64,000 nt of DNA, from NCBI GenBank assembly GCA_038215615.1, contig JBBQQR010000003.1, forward strand, positions 32,001-96,000, written 5' to 3'. This DNA is from Vulcanimicrobiales bacterium. Its GTDB lineage: Bacteria; Vulcanimicrobiota; Vulcanimicrobiia; Vulcanimicrobiales; Vulcanimicrobiaceae. How positions within the stretch are numbered: position 1 is the first letter of the stretch; every line of letters starts with the position of its first letter. A model generated the notes under the pieces. That model was not told the DNA's origin and ran no database searches. It was given only the letters and a program-made list of their open reading frames with translations. Made by a program: the position numbers and the translations under genes. Below are positions 60,468 to 64,000 of this stretch, one piece after another.

Positions 60468-61351
60468 CAGACGCTCCGCCTTAACGCCAGACGTACGGCG
60501 ACTATCAGCACCATCGCGATGAGCAGCAGTAAGAGCGCCATCGAAAAGAGCGAGTGATAGAGAATCGTGCCTTCCTGCGCACTGCCCATGTCCGTCACGA
60601 TCTCCGTCGTCAGCGCCGCGGTCGGTGCGAGCAAACCTTTAGGAAGCACGGCGCTGTTGCCAATGACCATTTGCACCGCGAGCGCCTCGCCAATCGCGCG
60701 GGCGATACCGAGAATCACCGCGACGGTCAGTCCGCTGCGCGCCGCGGGCAGCAGCACGTTCCAAATCGTTTGCCATCGCGTCGCACCTAGCGACATCGAG
60801 CCTTCCTGAATCGCAACCGGAACCGCGCGCAGCGCGTCTTCGGAAAGTGAAATAACCGTCGGCAAGATCATGATCGACAACACGATGCCCGCAGTCAGCA
60901 ACCCAAAGCCGGTTTGGCTGCCCACATGTTCGCGGACGAGAGGCACGAGCAGCGTCAGCCCCAGCCAGCCGTAAACAACCGACGGGATGCCGACCAAAAT
61001 TTCGATCGCCGGTTTCATCGCGTTTGCCAGGCGCTGAGGTGCTAACAGCGACAAGAAAATCCCGACTGCCACGCCGAGCGGCCCGCCTACGCCGATCGCA
61101 AACAGCGTGATGCTCACAGAACCTATAATAAAGACGAGCGCGCCCGGGTGCTTCTCATCTGGCGCAAAGTTCGGAGAAAAGAGAAATGTAAGCGGCGAGA
61201 CGTGGTCCACCAGGAACAGCTGCAGCCCCATGTACGCCAAATAGACGATCAGCGCGCCCATGGCGACGATCACAAAAGCGCTCGCCGAAAAAAGAGTCCC
61301 TGACGCGATCCGCTCTTCAGCGTGCGCGTATGCGGCCCGGCGCGAGATCAA
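60467..61351 (-). CDS. pstC: Phosphate ABC transporter permease
   Basis: GIPSVVYG, RAIGEALAVQMVIGN; AAGGAGG SD. Confidence 0.95.
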   Translation of the reverse strand: MISRRAAYAHAEERIASGTLFSASAFVIVAMGALIVYLAYMGLQLFLVDHVSPLTFLFSPNFAPDEKHPGALVFIIGSVSITLFAIGVGGPLGVAVGIFLSLLAPQRLANAMKPAIEILVGIPSVVYGWLGLTLLVPLVREHVGSQTGFGLLTAGIVLSIMILPTVISLSEDALRAVPVAIQEGSMSLGATRWQTIWNVLLPAARSGLTVAVILGIARAIGEALAVQMVIGNSAVLPKGLLAPTAALTTEIVTDMGSAQEGTILYHSLFSMALLLLLIAMVLIVAVRLALRRSV

Positions 61352-61367
61352 AGCCTCCTTATGGTAC

Positions 61368-61416
61368 GTAAAGGAAGTCTAAGGTTATCTTAAGGCTATC
61401 TTAAGAAGTATTAAGA
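61368..61416 (-). promoter_or_regulatory. Putative Pho box array
   Basis: + strand GTAAAG 61368, CTAAGG 61379, TTAAGG 61390, TTAAGA 61401 (11-bp period), TTAAGA 61411. Confidence 0.75.
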
Positions 61417-62538
61417 AACGCGCGCTATCATGGGAATCCGGATCGTGAATTGCGTGCCCGCGTCGAGTACCGACTGCACATCAATCGTTCCTCCGTGCGT
61501 TTCGACGATCTGTTTTACGATGGAAAGGCCTAAACCGGCGCCGCTAATTCCGCGCGCCCGCGAGCGGTCCGCCACGAAAAATCGCTCGAAGATAAACGGC
61601 AGATCTTTGTACGGAATGCCGATGCCCGTATCGGAAAGAACGATACGCGCATAGCCGTCCTCGACGCCGAGATCTACCGTCACAGCCCCGCCTTCGGGCG
61701 TGAATCGCAGGCCGTTGTCAATCAGGTTCACGAGAATCTGGGAGAGCTGCTGTTCGTCGGCTTCCACGACGACCGGGCGATGCGCGCGCAATTCGAGCGA
61801 TATCTCCTTCGCGGCCGCCTGTTGCTCGAACGAGCGCAGCGCCGAACGCGCCACCCCCTCGAGATCGACCTCCTGGATGCGCAGCGCCGGAGTGCCCGAC
61901 TCCGCACGCGCCTGTTCCAAAAAGCGCTGCACGAGCGATGAGAGCCGATCGATCTCCGCAAGCGCCTGCGGAAGAAAATACGCGCTCGCGTCGTCATCAC
62001 CGCCTGCGACGAGCGTTTCGAGCATGAGTTTTACTGATGAAAGCGGAGTGCGCAGTTCGTGCGAAACGTTTGAAAGAAACTCTTGACGCGTTCGCTCTAA
62101 AGCCAATCGCTCGGTTTGATCTTCCGCGATGACGAGCGCGCCGGATATCTCGCCACTCTGCTCGTCGTCGCCGCGCAGCCCCGTTCGCAGGGGGTAGATC
62201 GAGACCGCATAACTGCGGTCGGTGCGTTTCCCGGAGACGATCAGCGGAGCCGCCGCCAAGGCTTCGCCGCCCAGCACGCCGTCGACGCGCCGCTCGAGTT
62301 CTATCGACGGAATGACTTCGATCAGATGCAGACCCTTTGCACGCGAACGGTCGAACCCGAAGATCGCTGCCGCCGCTCGATTGGCAAACCGCAAACGCTT
62401 AGTGCGCCGTAGCATCATGACCCCGAGCGGCAACGCCCGCACGAGCGCGTCGAAGCGATCGTCGAGGCGCGCTTCGTTACGTTCGGCGTCCTCCGGCTGC
62501 GGTTCGGGCGACGCGCGCGATCGTCTGAACCAGCGGAT
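61411..62538 (-). CDS. phoR: PhoR-like PAS-histidine kinase without TM segment; probable ATC start
   Basis: FLSNVSHELRTPL, NLIDNG, DTGIG, GAGLGL; AAGGAG SD 7 nt before in-frame ATC 62538. Confidence 0.88.
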   Translation of the reverse strand: MRWFRRSRASPEPQPEDAERNEARLDDRFDALVRALPLGVMMLRRTKRLRFANRAAAAIFGFDRSRAKGLHLIEVIPSIELERRVDGVLGGEALAAAPLIVSGKRTDRSYAVSIYPLRTGLRGDDEQSGEISGALVIAEDQTERLALERTRQEFLSNVSHELRTPLSSVKLMLETLVAGGDDDASAYFLPQALAEIDRLSSLVQRFLEQARAESGTPALRIQEVDLEGVARSALRSFEQQAAAKEISLELRAHRPVVVEADEQQLSQILVNLIDNGLRFTPEGGAVTVDLGVEDGYARIVLSDTGIGIPYKDLPFIFERFFVADRSRARGISGAGLGLSIVKQIVETHGGTIDVQSVLDAGTQFTIRIPMIARVS

Positions 62539-62542
62539 GCTC

Positions 62543-63277
62543 TTACTCCTTGAAGATGTAGCCGCGGCTGCGCACGGTCACGATATGGCGCGGACTGCGC
62601 GCGTCTTCTTCAATTTTTTCGCGCAGCCAGCGGACGTGGACGCTGACGGTTTGCTGCTCGCCTTCGAAGTCGTAGCCCCATACCTTATCGAGCAATATCT
62701 GGCGCGTGACGACGCGGCCGTGATTTTCCATCAGCGCACGGAGCAGCGCAAACTCCTTCGGTGCCAGCGCGACTTCTTTGCCGCGCACCGTCACGTGCTG
62801 GCGCGACGGATCCAGCACGATGCCGCCCAGCACGATTGCCTGATCGCGATCCGGTTTCGGCGGAGTAGGGCGCCGCAGCCGCGCTTTAACCCGCGCGAGA
62901 AATTCGTGCAGCGCAAATGGCTTGGTGACGTAATCGTCCGCCCCGAGCTCCAAGGCCAGCACCTTGTCGATTTCCTGATCCTTTGCGGTCAGCATGATAA
63001 TGGGAACGGAACTCGTCTTGCGGATTTCCTTGCAGGCTTCCATGCCGTCGAGAACCGGCAGCATGATATCCAAGACAATAAGGTCCGGCTCTTCGTTTTG
63101 CGCCATCGCGATCGCGGTGCGACCGTCGCTTGCGGTCAAAACTTCGTAGCCGCTGCGCTCGAGATTGTACCGCAGCGTTTGCAATATCGCAGCCTCATCG
63201 TCAACGACGAGGATTTTTTTGTTGAAGTCGGGATGCTTGTTGAAGCTTCCCCGTTTGGTCGGCAGAGTAGTGCTCAT
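62543..63277 (-). CDS. phoP: OmpR-family response regulator (PhoP/PhoB)
   Basis: [27 protein letters not shown], winged helix; pst context. Confidence 0.9.
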   Translation of the reverse strand: MSTTLPTKRGSFNKHPDFNKKILVVDDEAAILQTLRYNLERSGYEVLTASDGRTAIAMAQNEEPDLIVLDIMLPVLDGMEACKEIRKTSSVPIIMLTAKDQEIDKVLALELGADDYVTKPFALHEFLARVKARLRRPTPPKPDRDQAIVLGGIVLDPSRQHVTVRGKEVALAPKEFALLRALMENHGRVVTRQILLDKVWGYDFEGEQQTVSVHVRWLREKIEEDARSPRHIVTVRSRGYIFKE

Positions 63278-63341
63278 CCTAGTCTCCGGCATGATTTGGC
63301 GGCCCTCAATCCAATCTTCCTTTAGGCAAGGGGGAGCGAGC

Positions 63342-64000
63342 ATGCTAGCACCGGTCCGCCGACCGACATTTGACGAACTGAACCTTTCGACCGGAAAGCG
63401 CGTGCGGCTGCATCGTTTTATGTACGAGCACGGTCCGGCCAACGGCACGCTGATGCTTCTGCCGATCGATCAGGGACTCGAACACGGCCCGATTGACTTC
63501 TTCAGCAACCCGGAATCCATCGATACCGACTGGATCTACCGCCTGGCGGTCGCGGGCAATTTCTCGGGTATCGCGCTGCATGTCGGGCTGGCCGAGAAGT
63601 ACCACAAGCCGTATGCCGGCAAAGTTCCGCTGATCCTCAAGATCAACGGCAAAACGAACGTTCCCAGCGACGACGAAGCCTTCAGTTCGCTGACGGCATC
63701 GGTCGAAGACGCGGTGCGCCTGGGTGCGGATGGGGTCGGGTACACGCTCTACGTCGGAAGTCCGGCGCAAGACGTGGATATCGCGCAGTGCGGCGAAGTG
63801 CGCCGCGACTGCGAGCGTTACGGTATGCCGCTGGTCATTTGGGCCTATCCGCGCGGTTCGGGGATCAAAGCCAAGGGCGGTATCGATTCGCTCTACGCCG
63901 TCGACTATGCGGCGCGCGTAGCATGCGAAATGGGCGCCGACGTCATCAAACTCAACGTGCCGAAGTGGGATGCCGCCACGGCCAAAGCGGAGCCGAAACC
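63342..64000 (+). CDS. Class I fructose-bisphosphate aldolase (FbaB/DhnA family), truncated by window end
   Basis: Hand-translated: [45 protein letters not shown]. Confidence 0.92.
   Translation, partial: MLAPVRRPTFDELNLSTGKRVRLHRFMYEHGPANGTLMLLPIDQGLEHGPIDFFSNPESIDTDWIYRLAVAGNFSGIALHVGLAEKYHKPYAGKVPLILKINGKTNVPSDDEAFSSLTASVEDAVRLGADGVGYTLYVGSPAQDVDIAQCGEVRRDCERYGMPLVIWAYPRGSGIKAKGGIDSLYAVDYAARVACEMGADVIKLNVPKWDAATAKAEPK

Overview
High-GC (~60%) bacterial chromosome segment. Firmicute-like housekeeping genes (ymdB, spoVS, hrcA with CIRCE, phoPR) sit beside outer-membrane and LPS genes, suggesting a diderm Terrabacterium such as Ca. Eremiobacterota (inference only). Positions 1-4050 are the right end of a phage-satellite-like element integrated at tRNA-Asn (D5/P4-type helicase, excisionase, orphan gene, tyrosine integrase). 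The rest includes metK-ahcY, a ymdB-spoVS-PHP operon, a copper/redox cluster, an ECF sigma/anti-sigma/RseB set, etfBA, small stress-type genes with LigD-Pol, accDA, hrcA-dnaJ-rsmE, acs, dinG, tdh-kbl, a pst/pho locus with an outer-membrane protein, and three tRNAs. Most notable: (1) a His-bearing membrane leader ORF ends in RPPP, and its Pro codons base-pair with the SD of the next gene; that gene is a Cyc2-like cytochrome-porin fused to a second cytochrome c and a YtkA-like domain, followed by a multicopper oxidase and a metal permease, a candidate ribosome-stalling-controlled metal redox system; (2) five conserved operon-internal genes lack an ATG/GTG/TTG at the expected start; (3) a predicted ~50-nt antisense RNA covers the helicase start codon of the integrated element. 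All product calls come from motif recognition by eye, not database searches.
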